Positions 1-9,337 of a stretch of 64,000 nucleotides of DNA are shown here, in pieces. The DNA comes from Truepera sp. (GTDB taxonomy: Bacteria; Deinococcota; Deinococci; Deinococcales; Trueperaceae): NCBI GenBank assembly GCA_965218435.1, contig CBDCKW010000009.1, positions 1,184,001 to 1,248,000 on the forward strand, read 5' to 3'. The position numbers and the translations under genes were made by a program. Numbering within the stretch: position 1 is the first letter of the stretch; each line of letters opens with the position of its first letter. The notes under the pieces were generated by a model. It ran no database searches, had not been told where the DNA came from, and saw nothing but the letters and a program-made list of their open reading frames with translations.

Positions 1-2
1 TC

Positions 3-2579
3 GCCGCGCCGCGCGTCAAGGTCATCTTTGACGACCCCGCCGAAACCGCTTACGCCGAGCGCGTCGCTGCTGAAGCTGAGAGGGCGCTGGACGTCCTCGT
101 TCCGCTTTTTGGCTACGCGCCGCCGCCGATCACGCTGCGTTTAGAAGATACGACCGACGTGTATAATGGGTTAGCGTCGCCGCTCCCTCGCCCCAGTGTC
201 GGGTTGCGGCTTTTATTTCCCACCGAAACCTCATTCGGCTACCGTGCGGAGGACGAGCTGCGGTTTTTGCTCGTTCATGAACTGACGCACATCATGCAGT
301 TTGGCTACCTTACCGGGCGTGGCACCGGGTTGCGGCTCGGGTTGGTCGGTGAAAACGTGGCCAACGTGCCTCCGGCGTGGCTGGTCGAGGGGCTGGCGGT
401 TTGGGACGAGTCGGAGTTTACGGCGGGGGGACGCCGCGACGACGCGCTGACGCGGGGGCTGATAGAGAGTGCAGTGCTCGCCGGAACTGCGCCGTCTCTG
501 ACCGACGCGAGTTTAAGGACCTACGGCGTGTGGCCGGGGGGTCAGACCGAATATCTGTTCGGCGTTGGCTTTACGAGCTATCTGATTCGGCAACACGGGT
601 TTGACGCCATCAAAAAGGCGCTGGCACTCCACAATGCCGGGGGGTTTATCCGGCCCTTCGAGGGGTCGTGGCGACTCGCGGTCGGTACCGACTTAGAAGC
701 CGAGTGGGGGGCGTGGCAGCGCGAGGTGCTCAAGCAGGCGAAGGCGAGGGCACAAAAGGTCACCCAGACTAAACGGGCCGGGATGCTCGAGACGGACAGC
801 GGCTGGTATACCCGCGCCCCGGCGCTCAGCCCGGATGGGCGTCAGCTCGCATGGGTCGGCTGGCCTGCGGCGATTATGCTGGCGGACGTTGACAGAAATG
901 CTGGCGGCGGCACGCTCACCCGAAAGCGCGTGTTGCTGGACAACCGCTTACCGGGGAGCCTCGAGTGGCTGGACGACCACACGCTCCTCTACGCCCGTCC
1001 GGTACGGCGGCCTTATCACACCTATTCGGAAGTCTTTACGCTAGACACCCGCACGGGCCGCGAGACGCAGTTGACCGGGGGAGACCAGGGGGGCACACGG
1101 GCACACTTGCCTGCGCCGCTGCCGGGAGGGTGCGTCCTCTACGTGACCGACGATGGGACGCGTTCAACGCTCGAGCAGCTCTGCCCCGGAAAACCTATTT
1201 CGACTCGTTGGCGGAGCAAACCAGGGGTCCACGTCGTCGGACTCGCCACGAGCCGCCGGGGGCAGGTGGCCGTAAGCGTGTGGCAGCGGGGTTGGGTTGA
1301 TTTGGCTCTGCTGCAAAACGGCACCCTGCGGTACCTGACCCGTGACCCCGCGCAAGACTTAGAGCCGAGTTGGAAGGGCGAAGACACACTGCTGTTTCGC
1401 TCCGACCGGACCAAGGTATTTGAACTCTACGACCTGAGGCTCTCCGACAAACGTTTGGCGCGTTTGAGTCAGAGTGTAGGCGGCGCGTTTACGCCCGAAG
1501 CTGGTAGCGGCGGAACGTGGTTTGCGTCCCTTGGCGGGCACGGCTATAACCTCGCGTGGTTAGCAGACGCGCCGCCACTTGCCCGGACCCAGGCGTCAGT
1601 GACGCGGCGTCCGACCCCGCCCCTACGCGTACCAGAGTTCCCGGTATTTCCCTACAACCCGTTAGGCAGCTTGGGATTTTACGGTTGGCTACCGACGAAC
1701 GCCGGGGTCAACCTGTCGCCCCTGGGAACGTTTCTCGAGCTCTCCCTCGTCGCGCAAGACGACAGCTTAGACCACAACCTGCGGACGACGCTCGGGTTTG
1801 ACTCGAGCCTTCCCGCTTTGTCCGGCTTTTACGGCTTTGCACGTTACGACTTTGGCGGCGGTTTGGCCCTGCAAGCGACGCCGCCCCCGCTGCGCTACGC
1901 CGTACAAGCCGGAGCGTGGCCGCTCGCGCCGCACCTGAGCGGGACGCTTACGACAGTCTCCGGCGCGAAAGTTGCGGTCACCGCGCGGTTACCCGAAGAC
2001 CGGACATTAGTGAGTGGGGGTCTCGAGGCCGGTCTCGTACACTTTCTAGGCCAAAGCTCCGGCCTCGTCTTAGATGCCCGCGCCGAGGGTGCCGTAGCAA
2101 CCGGACAGGTTGACACCTGGGGTTACCGCACCGAAGGCTGGCGCGTTTCGGGAACGGGTTTGCTGAGCGCAACTGGGGCTGCGCCTTCGCTCGGGGCGTG
2201 GGGGGACGGCAGCTATACCTTGCCGGTAGAGGGGCCGCTGAGTGCAGTAGGGCGGCTCGAGTTCGGCGTACGCGCAGGCTACCGCCCCGCGTGGCCGATT
2301 CCCCTTAAAGCCAATGCTGACCTCGCCGCGCTCGTCACTGTCGGCAGCACCCGCAGTTTTCCTTTCAAACTGCGCGTCGGCGACGGGCTTTACACTCTCG
2401 AGCGGGTGACGCTCGAGCCCCGCCTCCGCACCTGGTTAGACGGTGCCCTCCACCTGGGCGGCGACCTCACCGTGTCGCTCGATTCGGTCATTAACTACGG
2501 CGCACCGGTAAGTATGAGCGGCACGCTCGGTTACACCAACGGGGTGTGGACGCGGTTTGGCTTGCGGCTGCCGCTTTAG
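3..2579 (+). CDS. Gluzincin-type metallopeptidase domain + TolB-like beta-propeller + probable C-terminal beta-barrel protein (5' end outside window)
   Basis: Frame is open back to base 3. HELTH motif with downstream EGLA, propeller-like repeats (PALSPDG, DLEPSW), and an alternating C-terminus (TRFGLRLPL). Confidence 0.65.
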   Translation, partial: AAPRVKVIFDDPAETAYAERVAAEAERALDVLVPLFGYAPPPITLRLEDTTDVYNGLASPLPRPSVGLRLLFPTETSFGYRAEDELRFLLVHELTHIMQFGYLTGRGTGLRLGLVGENVANVPPAWLVEGLAVWDESEFTAGGRRDDALTRGLIESAVLAGTAPSLTDASLRTYGVWPGGQTEYLFGVGFTSYLIRQHGFDAIKKALALHNAGGFIRPFEGSWRLAVGTDLEAEWGAWQREVLKQAKARAQKVTQTKRAGMLETDSGWYTRAPALSPDGRQLAWVGWPAAIMLADVDRNAGGGTLTRKRVLLDNRLPGSLEWLDDHTLLYARPVRRPYHTYSEVFTLDTRTGRETQLTGGDQGGTRAHLPAPLPGGCVLYVTDDGTRSTLEQLCPGKPISTRWRSKPGVHVVGLATSRRGQVAVSVWQRGWVDLALLQNGTLRYLTRDPAQDLEPSWKGEDTLLFRSDRTKVFELYDLRLSDKRLARLSQSVGGAFTPEAGSGGTWFASLGGHGYNLAWLADAPPLARTQASVTRRPTPPLRVPEFPVFPYNPLGSLGFYGWLPTNAGVNLSPLGTFLELSLVAQDDSLDHNLRTTLGFDSSLPALSGFYGFARYDFGGGLALQATPPPLRYAVQAGAWPLAPHLSGTLTTVSGAKVAVTARLPEDRTLVSGGLEAGLVHFLGQSSGLVLDARAEGAVATGQVDTWGYRTEGWRVSGTGLLSATGAAPSLGAWGDGSYTLPVEGPLSAVGRLEFGVRAGYRPAWPIPLKANADLAALVTVGSTRSFPFKLRVGDGLYTLERVTLEPRLRTWLDGALHLGGDLTVSLDSVINYGAPVSMSGTLGYTNGVWTRFGLRLPL

Positions 2580-2777
2580 GTCTTCAAGCAGCCTTCAGCT
2601 TTGGACGTGTTGTCTCGAGCTGACGCTAAAGCCGTTAGTCTACGAAAAGCTTTTGGAGTCGTAAAAATCAAGTGGGTGACACCGAATATGAAGGCTTAAA
2701 CGCTACCTAAACAGCACACTGCCTTATCTCCTATTTCTACCAGGGTGCGCTACGTTACGCTGAAACTGGAGGTTTTT

Positions 2778-3971
2778 GTGAAGCCAAAATATCTTTCGGT
2801 TCCTATATTGTTAGCGTTTCTTTTGACGCTGCTCGTCGCCTGTAGTGCTCCAGCGCCAACGCTACCCAGCCAGCCGAGTAAGCCGATAAGCCCAGAGCTA
2901 CCCAGCTTGCCCGCAGGTGAGTGGACCGCCTTTTCACCGGGGGGCGACACCCTCTGCGCCGACGGCTCACCCTACGCCTACTATGTGCGGCCCGGTACGG
3001 TCAACAAACTCGTGGTGGATTTTGAGGGCGGCGGTGCGTGCTGGAGTGGCGGAACATGCGGTAGCCCTGTTTATCAGCCCAACATCGGCAGTTCCTCGAG
3101 CCCCGGTTATCGAGAAAAAAATCCTACTGGACTTTATGATCACACGAATTCTAAGAATCCTGTAGAAGACTGGTATCACGTCTTTATAAGTTACTGTACC
3201 GCCGATATTCATCTAGGCGACAGCGTGCAGACTTATGACACCTCGAAAGGACCTAAAAAGATTTATCACAACGGTCAGAAAAATGTTGCGGCGGTGCTCG
3301 GCTGGGTCAAGAAAAATTTCAAAGCGCTGGAAGACATCTTCGTTACGGGTTGTAGTGCGGGTGCTTACGGTGCGGCTATCTACACCCCTCAAATCGCTGA
3401 TGCTTACCCAGACGCTAAGGTTACTGAACTCGGTGACAGCGGTGCGGGCATCATCCCAAAGTCGTTTGTTACAAAGCCAGACGGACTTAAACGCTGGAAT
3501 ATCAATGCGGTGTTACCCCCTGGCGTTGACCTCACCAACGGCATTCCTACGACATTCCTGGCCGATGCGTACGTTGCGATTGGTCAAGCACACCTAAAAG
3601 CGAAACTAGCGGAGTACAACAGCGCCTCGGACGGTACTCAAATCAGCTTTTACGCGCTACAGCTAGGTCTTGATCCGCGTGATCCCACCGACCCTGCCGT
3701 TCAAGCTGCGGGGCGAGCATGGGCGATGGGTCTAGGAGCGTCACTGACAAAAATTCAAACAGGTCTGCCGGGAAGTTTCTCGAGCTACACCTCACTCTTA
3801 GACGATAATGACAATTTGCAAGACGGTACGGCGCACTGCATTATCACCCGCCCCGACTTTTACACCCTTACGACCAACGGCGTTTTGCTCACCAACTGGT
3901 TAAACAGTCTGCTCAATGACCCGACGCCGCCCGCTCCGGTTGCGCCCGCGACCGTGCCGACGCCGGGTTAG
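2778..3971 (+). CDS. Pectin acetylesterase/Notum-family hydrolase lipoprotein
   Basis: GGAGG before GTG 2778, lipobox LVAC, FEGGGAC, YCTADIHLG and the GCSAG nucleophile motif. Confidence 0.85.
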   Translation: MKPKYLSVPILLAFLLTLLVACSAPAPTLPSQPSKPISPELPSLPAGEWTAFSPGGDTLCADGSPYAYYVRPGTVNKLVVDFEGGGACWSGGTCGSPVYQPNIGSSSSPGYREKNPTGLYDHTNSKNPVEDWYHVFISYCTADIHLGDSVQTYDTSKGPKKIYHNGQKNVAAVLGWVKKNFKALEDIFVTGCSAGAYGAAIYTPQIADAYPDAKVTELGDSGAGIIPKSFVTKPDGLKRWNINAVLPPGVDLTNGIPTTFLADAYVAIGQAHLKAKLAEYNSASDGTQISFYALQLGLDPRDPTDPAVQAAGRAWAMGLGASLTKIQTGLPGSFSSYTSLLDDNDNLQDGTAHCIITRPDFYTLTTNGVLLTNWLNSLLNDPTPPAPVAPATVPTPG

Positions 3972-4678
3972 TCAGTCTCAGCTTCTGGAAGATTGAGTTC
4001 GACGTCAGTCAGCCAGAGCACCTCAGCTTGGGCGCGAATTGCCCGCGCCGGGGTCTGGTCATAGTTAGGCGTTTTTTCGGGGGAGAGGGTACGCGTCAGC
4101 GCGTCTCTCTTCCCTTCGCCTTGCACCAAAAAGGCGACGGTGCGGCTTCGGCTGAGCGTCCCCGCCGTCATACTGAGCCGCGTCTCTTTGCCGGGTGGTT
4201 TGACCACGGTGGTCAGCCCTTCATCGAAGACTGCGCCGGTACCGGGAAACAGGCTCGCGGTGTGCGCGTCGTCGCCGAGGCCCAGAAAAGTCAGGTCGAA
4301 GAGGGCTTCGTTTAGAAATGTCTGTAAGGTGTCGCCCAGCTCTGTCGCGGCGGCTTCCGGGTCACCCACCAAGTACGGCCACGGGTGGATGTTCTCCGGC
4401 GGCACCGTTACCTTGTCTAACAGCGCCTTTTTTGCCGCGCCGTAGTTGCTGTCGGGATAGTCGTGCGGGACAAAACGTTCATCACCCCAAAAGATATGCG
4501 TGTCTTGCCAAAAGGGGTCGTCCGCGTGCTCCGCAGAGAGCTTTGCGTACATTTTAAGTGGAGTCGAGCCGCCCGAAAGAACCACGACAAAGCGCCCGTT
4601 CGCGGCGACGCTCTCCCTGGCCGTTTTGATAAAAAGTGCTTCGGCAGCTTCGGCTACATCTTTGACGTATTTAATCAT
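3968..4678 (-). CDS. pgl: 6-phosphogluconolactonase
   Basis: LSGGSTP, FWGDER, SNY and LGLGDDAHTASLFPG motifs. Confidence 0.93.
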   Translation of the reverse strand: MIKYVKDVAEAAEALFIKTARESVAANGRFVVVLSGGSTPLKMYAKLSAEHADDPFWQDTHIFWGDERFVPHDYPDSNYGAAKKALLDKVTVPPENIHPWPYLVGDPEAAATELGDTLQTFLNEALFDLTFLGLGDDAHTASLFPGTGAVFDEGLTTVVKPPGKETRLSMTAGTLSRSRTVAFLVQGEGKRDALTRTLSPEKTPNYDQTPARAIRAQAEVLWLTDVELNLPEAETD

Positions 4679-4890
4679 CGTGACTCCTTTTGTTTAAGTG
4701 AGCTCGAGCTTTAGCTCGGTAGGCCCATAAACCCTGGTCTCTCCCTCTTAGGGTACCCGAACAAGGACCTAAAAATCTAAGGGTCTTTATGGGCAACTAC
4801 CCCGTCAACGGCTGTCTTGTCAGCCGGACCTAAAACTTTATGGACGCCACTTCTGCTGCAACCTACCGTGCTCCTTGCTAAACTGTCCAG

Positions 4891-5484
4891 ATGACCTCAA
4901 CGAAAACCCTATCACGCGAAGACGCGGCGGCGCTGATGGAAAGCTGGACGGACTCGGAAAGTTTGCGTAAACACATGCTCTCGGTCGAGTCGGCGACCGC
5001 TGCCTACGCCCGCAAGTACGGTGAAGACGAAACCCTGTGGCGCGTCGCGGCCCTGTTGCATGACTTTGACTACGAAAAGCACCCGACGCCGGATGAAAAC
5101 GGCCATCCTTACGTGGGCGTGCGTTACTTGCGTGAACAGGGCTACCCGGATGAGGTTTTAGACGCTATCATGGGCCACGCCGACTATACCGGCGTCTCAC
5201 GTGAAACGCTGCTGGCTAAAGCCCTCTACGCCTGCGACGAATTGACCGGCCTGATTACTGCGGCGACGCTCGTGCGGCCTGACAAAGACGTGCGAAACGT
5301 TGAGCTTAAAAGCCTCAAAAAGAAGTTCAAGGACAAAGCGTTTGCGCGCGGCGTCAACCGGGAAGATGTCATTCGTGGCGCTCAAGAGTTGAATATTGAA
5401 CTTTGGGAACATGTCGTGTTCGTCTTGGCGGCGATGCAAACGGACGCGGAAAAGTTAGGGCTCGACGGTTCGTTAGCGCAGTGA
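4891..5484 (+). CDS. HD-domain (HDIG-like) phosphohydrolase
   Basis: H...LLHDFD motif and KKKFKDKAFARGVNR. Leaderless TAAACT at 4879-4884. Confidence 0.88.
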   Translation: MTSTKTLSREDAAALMESWTDSESLRKHMLSVESATAAYARKYGEDETLWRVAALLHDFDYEKHPTPDENGHPYVGVRYLREQGYPDEVLDAIMGHADYTGVSRETLLAKALYACDELTGLITAATLVRPDKDVRNVELKSLKKKFKDKAFARGVNREDVIRGAQELNIELWEHVVFVLAAMQTDAEKLGLDGSLAQ

Positions 5485-5503
5485 GAGCACGGGGAAAAAT
5501 ACT

Positions 5504-6034
5504 GTGAAGCTGGTGATGCTCTACGGCCCACCTGCGGTGGGTAAACTGAGCGTGGCGCAGGCGCTAACGGCGCGTACCGGGTTTCGGGTATTGCACAACC
5601 ATCTGCTAACAGACCTCAGCTGTACCTTATTCGACCGGAGTACGCCCCAAGCTCGAGCCCTCACCCGCCGTTTACGTGAAATGTGCTTAGACGCTGCCCG
5701 CACTGAAAATCTCCCCGGCGTCATCCTGACTTATGTTTACGCCAGAGACCGCGACGCTTACATTTTGGGTCTTTGCGACAGCGTAGAGGCGCAGGGCGAT
5801 GCAGTTTATCTGGTGCAGTTGAGCTGTAAAGTGGAAACGCTCGAGGCCCGCGTCGGTGAACCTTCAAGAAAAGCGTTTGATAAACTTACCACGGTTTCCG
5901 GATTGAGGGAAAAGTTGGAAACGCTTAACGAACCGTTTGGACAGCTCGAGGGGCGCGAGAGTTTGCTCGTCGAAACTGATGAATTGACCCCGGACGCGGT
6001 AGCTGAGGCTATTCAGTCAGCGTATAAGTTCTAA
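5504..6034 (+). CDS. P-loop kinase/AAA-family protein (shikimate-kinase-like fold)
   Basis: N-terminal Walker A variant GPPAVGKLS and an HNH segment. Confidence 0.8.
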   Translation: MKLVMLYGPPAVGKLSVAQALTARTGFRVLHNHLLTDLSCTLFDRSTPQARALTRRLREMCLDAARTENLPGVILTYVYARDRDAYILGLCDSVEAQGDAVYLVQLSCKVETLEARVGEPSRKAFDKLTTVSGLREKLETLNEPFGQLEGRESLLVETDELTPDAVAEAIQSAYKF

Positions 6035-6036
6035 AA

Positions 6037-6066
6037 GAAGCTCGAGCCTTAGTGGGCTCGAGCTTC
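6037..6066. terminator. Hairpin between convergent genes, built from two CTCGAG copies
   Basis: GAAGCTCGAGCC-N5/6-GGCTCGAGCTTC inverted repeat. Confidence 0.65.
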
Positions 6067-6090
6067 CGAATCCCAATGATCTCTAAATGC

Positions 6091-6996
6091 TTAGTTCGCC
6101 GCCTGGCTTGCCGGTGGCACGTCGTCAAAGGCGGCGGGTGGGTTTAGGAGCCGCCAGTTCCACCCTCCGTCTCGGCGTGGCGGCCAGATGACCGCGGTCG
6201 CTTGTCCGGCAATTGACAAACTCGTCACCGGGCCGAAGTAGCGCGAATCCTCACTGCCGCCCTTGCTCGACTGACGGTTGTCACCCATTAAAAAGTAGCG
6301 CCCTTCGGGGATAATCAGCTCGTGTAAAAAGGGCTTGCCACTCGGTGCATTTGCCGGAACCGGGGCGAGCGCCGCGATAGTGCTGCCGTAATAAAACTGC
6401 GTCTCTTTGCCCCCGACGGGTGCGGGGCCACCGGTATTTGGGTCGTAAGTACCTTGAATAAACCCCTGAAACCCGGTGATCTTACCGTTTTGCGCCGTGA
6501 CGACCGGATAGTTGACGGGATCGGGGGTGATCTCACCGGAGCTGCTGATAAACCTCTGGTTGATCGGGTCACCGTTGACATAAACCTGACCGTCTTGAAT
6601 ATAAAAGTGGTCACCGGGCCGCGCGATGACGCGTTTGATAAAAAACGACCGCCGACCCCCCATCTCTTGCAGCGTCGGGGCATTTTCAGGTTCGCGCACC
6701 ACCACGATGTCGCCACGGTCGTACTCGCCCATCACGCCAGCGCGCCGGAGCCAGGTTTCAAATTTGGGGATGAATACGCGGTCGCCGGTAAAAAGGGCTT
6801 GCGGTAACTGACCGCTCCCACCGTTAAGGTTAGGGCGCATGGACGAACCCACCACGCCGACCGTCGTAAAGACAAAAGTCACGATCAAGTAGGCGACGAT
6901 CAAAGCTTCCGCGTAGCCTCTAACCTCGTGCCAGAAGCGTTGGGAGCCAGATTTTGGGGGGTCGTTTTTCCGCGTATCGCGGGCGTTCGATGTCAT
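6091..6996 (-). CDS. lepB: Signal peptidase I
   Basis: TM segment, SSMRPNL (catalytic Ser), FIKRVI (Lys), MGDNR and DSRYFG. Leaderless TAGACT. Confidence 0.93.
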   Translation of the reverse strand: MTSNARDTRKNDPPKSGSQRFWHEVRGYAEALIVAYLIVTFVFTTVGVVGSSMRPNLNGGSGQLPQALFTGDRVFIPKFETWLRRAGVMGEYDRGDIVVVREPENAPTLQEMGGRRSFFIKRVIARPGDHFYIQDGQVYVNGDPINQRFISSSGEITPDPVNYPVVTAQNGKITGFQGFIQGTYDPNTGGPAPVGGKETQFYYGSTIAALAPVPANAPSGKPFLHELIIPEGRYFLMGDNRQSSKGGSEDSRYFGPVTSLSIAGQATAVIWPPRRDGGWNWRLLNPPAAFDDVPPASQAAN

Positions 6997-7066
6997 ACGA
7001 GCAGTCTACTCTACCCGCGCTGCTTTGGGCGCAAATTACCGGGCTTTTTAGGCTTAGTCTTTTGAG

Positions 7067-7363
7067 CTAGATAATCCCTAATGCGCCGAGTACCTGCAAA
7101 ACCACGATAACGCCGCCGAGGAGTGCAATCAGGCTAAAGCGGGCGTCAATTTCACGGTCTAGTTTGTCGAGTTTAGCATCTGTTTCGTTTCGGGCTGCTC
7201 GGATTTCGGCGCGTAGGTCGTTGAAGCCGTTTTCTAAGCGGGCCTCGAGCGTACTCAGCCGCTTATCAATCTGCTCATAAGACCCTTCAAGGCTCGCCCC
7301 GGCCCTAGTGGGCCTGAGTGCCGCCATTCTGACTTCAAGGGAGTTGGCGGGTTCAGGAAGCAT
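7067..7363 (-). CDS. Small coiled-coil protein with C-terminal TM helix (DUF1640-like)
   Basis: Heptad-like helical region followed by a hydrophobic C-terminus. Confidence 0.55.
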   Translation of the reverse strand: MLPEPANSLEVRMAALRPTRAGASLEGSYEQIDKRLSTLEARLENGFNDLRAEIRAARNETDAKLDKLDREIDARFSLIALLGGVIVVLQVLGALGII

Positions 7364-7448
7364 CAGGGGTATGGTGACAGACTTTTAGGTCTATTGCAAT
7401 GTATTTCTTTGCTGAGTCGTCTCTACAAGTTGAACTAGGTAGCTACTT

Positions 7449-8450
7449 CTACTTGGCTGTACTCTTTTTTTGCTCGAGCGCCGCACGGCTCTCTACAGGT
7501 TTGGGCGTCGAATCGGCGGGCAGCAGCTTAAAAGCTGCGTTTTCAGACCGACCGGTCGTGAGCGCCCGGACGGGTTCGGGGGTTTTGGCCTCGTCTAACG
7601 CACTTCGCGGTAACAACCCTGCCTCGACGAACACATAGAGTGCGCTCCACTCCCCGATAGCGACGATCTCTTCAAACGCCCAGAACGCCTCGATGTTGAG
7701 GTGCGGCATCGAATACTGGACGCGCAGGTCGGCGGGGTGCAGGTTGTACTGAAGTTCGGTCAAGATGCTCCCGGTGATGTCGGTCGCGCGGAGCATCATC
7801 TGCGCCATCGGATTGCGGCGCTCGAACCGAAACCGGCTGACCACCCGCTCCCACCAGCCGCCTTCTTCCGAGGTTCCGGCAAGAGACGCCCGCCGCGCCA
7901 TCGTCGCGTCCCCGGCGATCGTAAAGTCGGCGTGTAAAAACGCCGCGGCGTTGACGGGGATGTTGTTGACGATGCCGCCGTCAGCCAAGGTGCGCCCATT
8001 AAACACCACCGGTTCAAACGCGCCGGGAAAACAGCTCGAGGCCCGAACCGCCGTAATTAGGTCGCCGCGAAAGATAAACACTTCTTCGCCGGTCTCGATG
8101 TCGGTCGTTGAAATGACCAGCGGTTTTTTGAGTTCGTCAAAAGTTGCGGGTAGATGCGACGCCAAAAACGCGTGCAGCTTCGCACCCTTAAAGAGCCCAT
8201 TGCCAAACGAAAAATCAATGATGTCGCGCCACGAAACGCCTTTGGCAATCTCATAAATCTCTTCGGCGCTGTAGCCGTTCGCGTAAAACGCACCTAAAAC
8301 CGCGCCCATCGAAGTTCCGGCTAACACGTCGGCTTCAATCCCGGCTTTTTCTAAAACCCGCAACAAACCGATATGGGCAAAGCCCCGCGCCGCACCGCCG
8401 CTTAAAATCAGCCCGACACGTCTTTGTTGTCCGGGGGTCTCAACATCCAC
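7449..8450 (-). CDS. Patatin-like phospholipase
   Basis: SGGAARG, GTSMG and DGG motifs. Leaderless TAAGCT 6 nt before GTG. Confidence 0.92.
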   Translation of the reverse strand: MDVETPGQQRRVGLILSGGAARGFAHIGLLRVLEKAGIEADVLAGTSMGAVLGAFYANGYSAEEIYEIAKGVSWRDIIDFSFGNGLFKGAKLHAFLASHLPATFDELKKPLVISTTDIETGEEVFIFRGDLITAVRASSCFPGAFEPVVFNGRTLADGGIVNNIPVNAAAFLHADFTIAGDATMARRASLAGTSEEGGWWERVVSRFRFERRNPMAQMMLRATDITGSILTELQYNLHPADLRVQYSMPHLNIEAFWAFEEIVAIGEWSALYVFVEAGLLPRSALDEAKTPEPVRALTTGRSENAAFKLLPADSTPKPVESRAALEQKKSTAK

Positions 8451-8528
8451 GGTTTAAGCTTAGCAGGTCGCCCAAATGTTGCCCGTCGGCTATCTTTCTG
8501 CGTCCGGCCCCGCCGTTAGACTATCCTT

Positions 8529-9101
8529 ATGACACGTTCTGTAAGGCCAACTGTACCAAAAACCGTACCGGAACGCGTCGAGACGCCCCGGCTGCTGCTC
8601 CGCGCCCCGCGTTTAGAAGACGCTCCGGAACTTTACGCCGCTGTCTGTGACTCGCTCCCGGAACTGAGACCCTGGATGGCTTGGGCGACACCTGAGTATT
8701 CACTGGCGACGTCCCAAGAGACCACCCGCAAGGCTATGGCCCAATTTGCTGCTAGAGAAAGCTTGCATTACCGTCTTTTTGACCGTGCAACCGGAACTTT
8801 CGTCGGGTACAGCTCGTTTCACCATCTTGACTGGGCGGTACCGAGGCTCGAGCTCGGTTACTGGCTCCGCACCTCAGCTGCTGGCAAAGGGTTGATGCGT
8901 GAAGGGATCGCGGCGCTTTGTGACATGGCTGAACAAAAACTTGGGGCTGTGCGTTTAGAGATTCGCTGCGATACGCGTAACGTCAGAAGCGCCCGCGTCG
9001 CCCAGGCGTGTGGCTTTGGGCTCGAGGGCATTTTGCGCCACGAGGCCAGAGACCCACAAGGCGCACTGCGCGATACGTGTGTCTACGCCCGCATCAACTA
9101 A
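8529..9101 (+). CDS. GNAT N-acetyltransferase (RimJ/RimL-like)
   Basis: ETPRLLLR, ELGYWL, GKGLM and NVRSARVA. Leaderless TAGACT at 8517-8522. Confidence 0.9.
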   Translation: MTRSVRPTVPKTVPERVETPRLLLRAPRLEDAPELYAAVCDSLPELRPWMAWATPEYSLATSQETTRKAMAQFAARESLHYRLFDRATGTFVGYSSFHHLDWAVPRLELGYWLRTSAAGKGLMREGIAALCDMAEQKLGAVRLEIRCDTRNVRSARVAQACGFGLEGILRHEARDPQGALRDTCVYARIN

Positions 9102-9337
9102 ACCACCCACGCACTAAAAGTTCATTTTGAGATGGACCAAAGTCTCGGCCTACGAAGCACGCCCTGAGTCGGGCCTCGACCTTGTGATAGAAGCCTGCGG
9201 TCAAAGGTAAAAACTGAGTAGCAACTAAAAGGCTTGCACTAAAGTGCATAATTTTGAATCAGCGTGCTGGAATAATAATTGACTTGGTTACTGACCTTGT
9301 AGAATTACAGAGAAGCTCGAGACCCTGGTTGACCTCT

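Noticed and set aside
4790..4830. IscB/HEARO or IS605 left end (CAACTACCCC)
   Set aside because: Only a short match, with no characteristic end hairpin and no adjacent nuclease or transposase.
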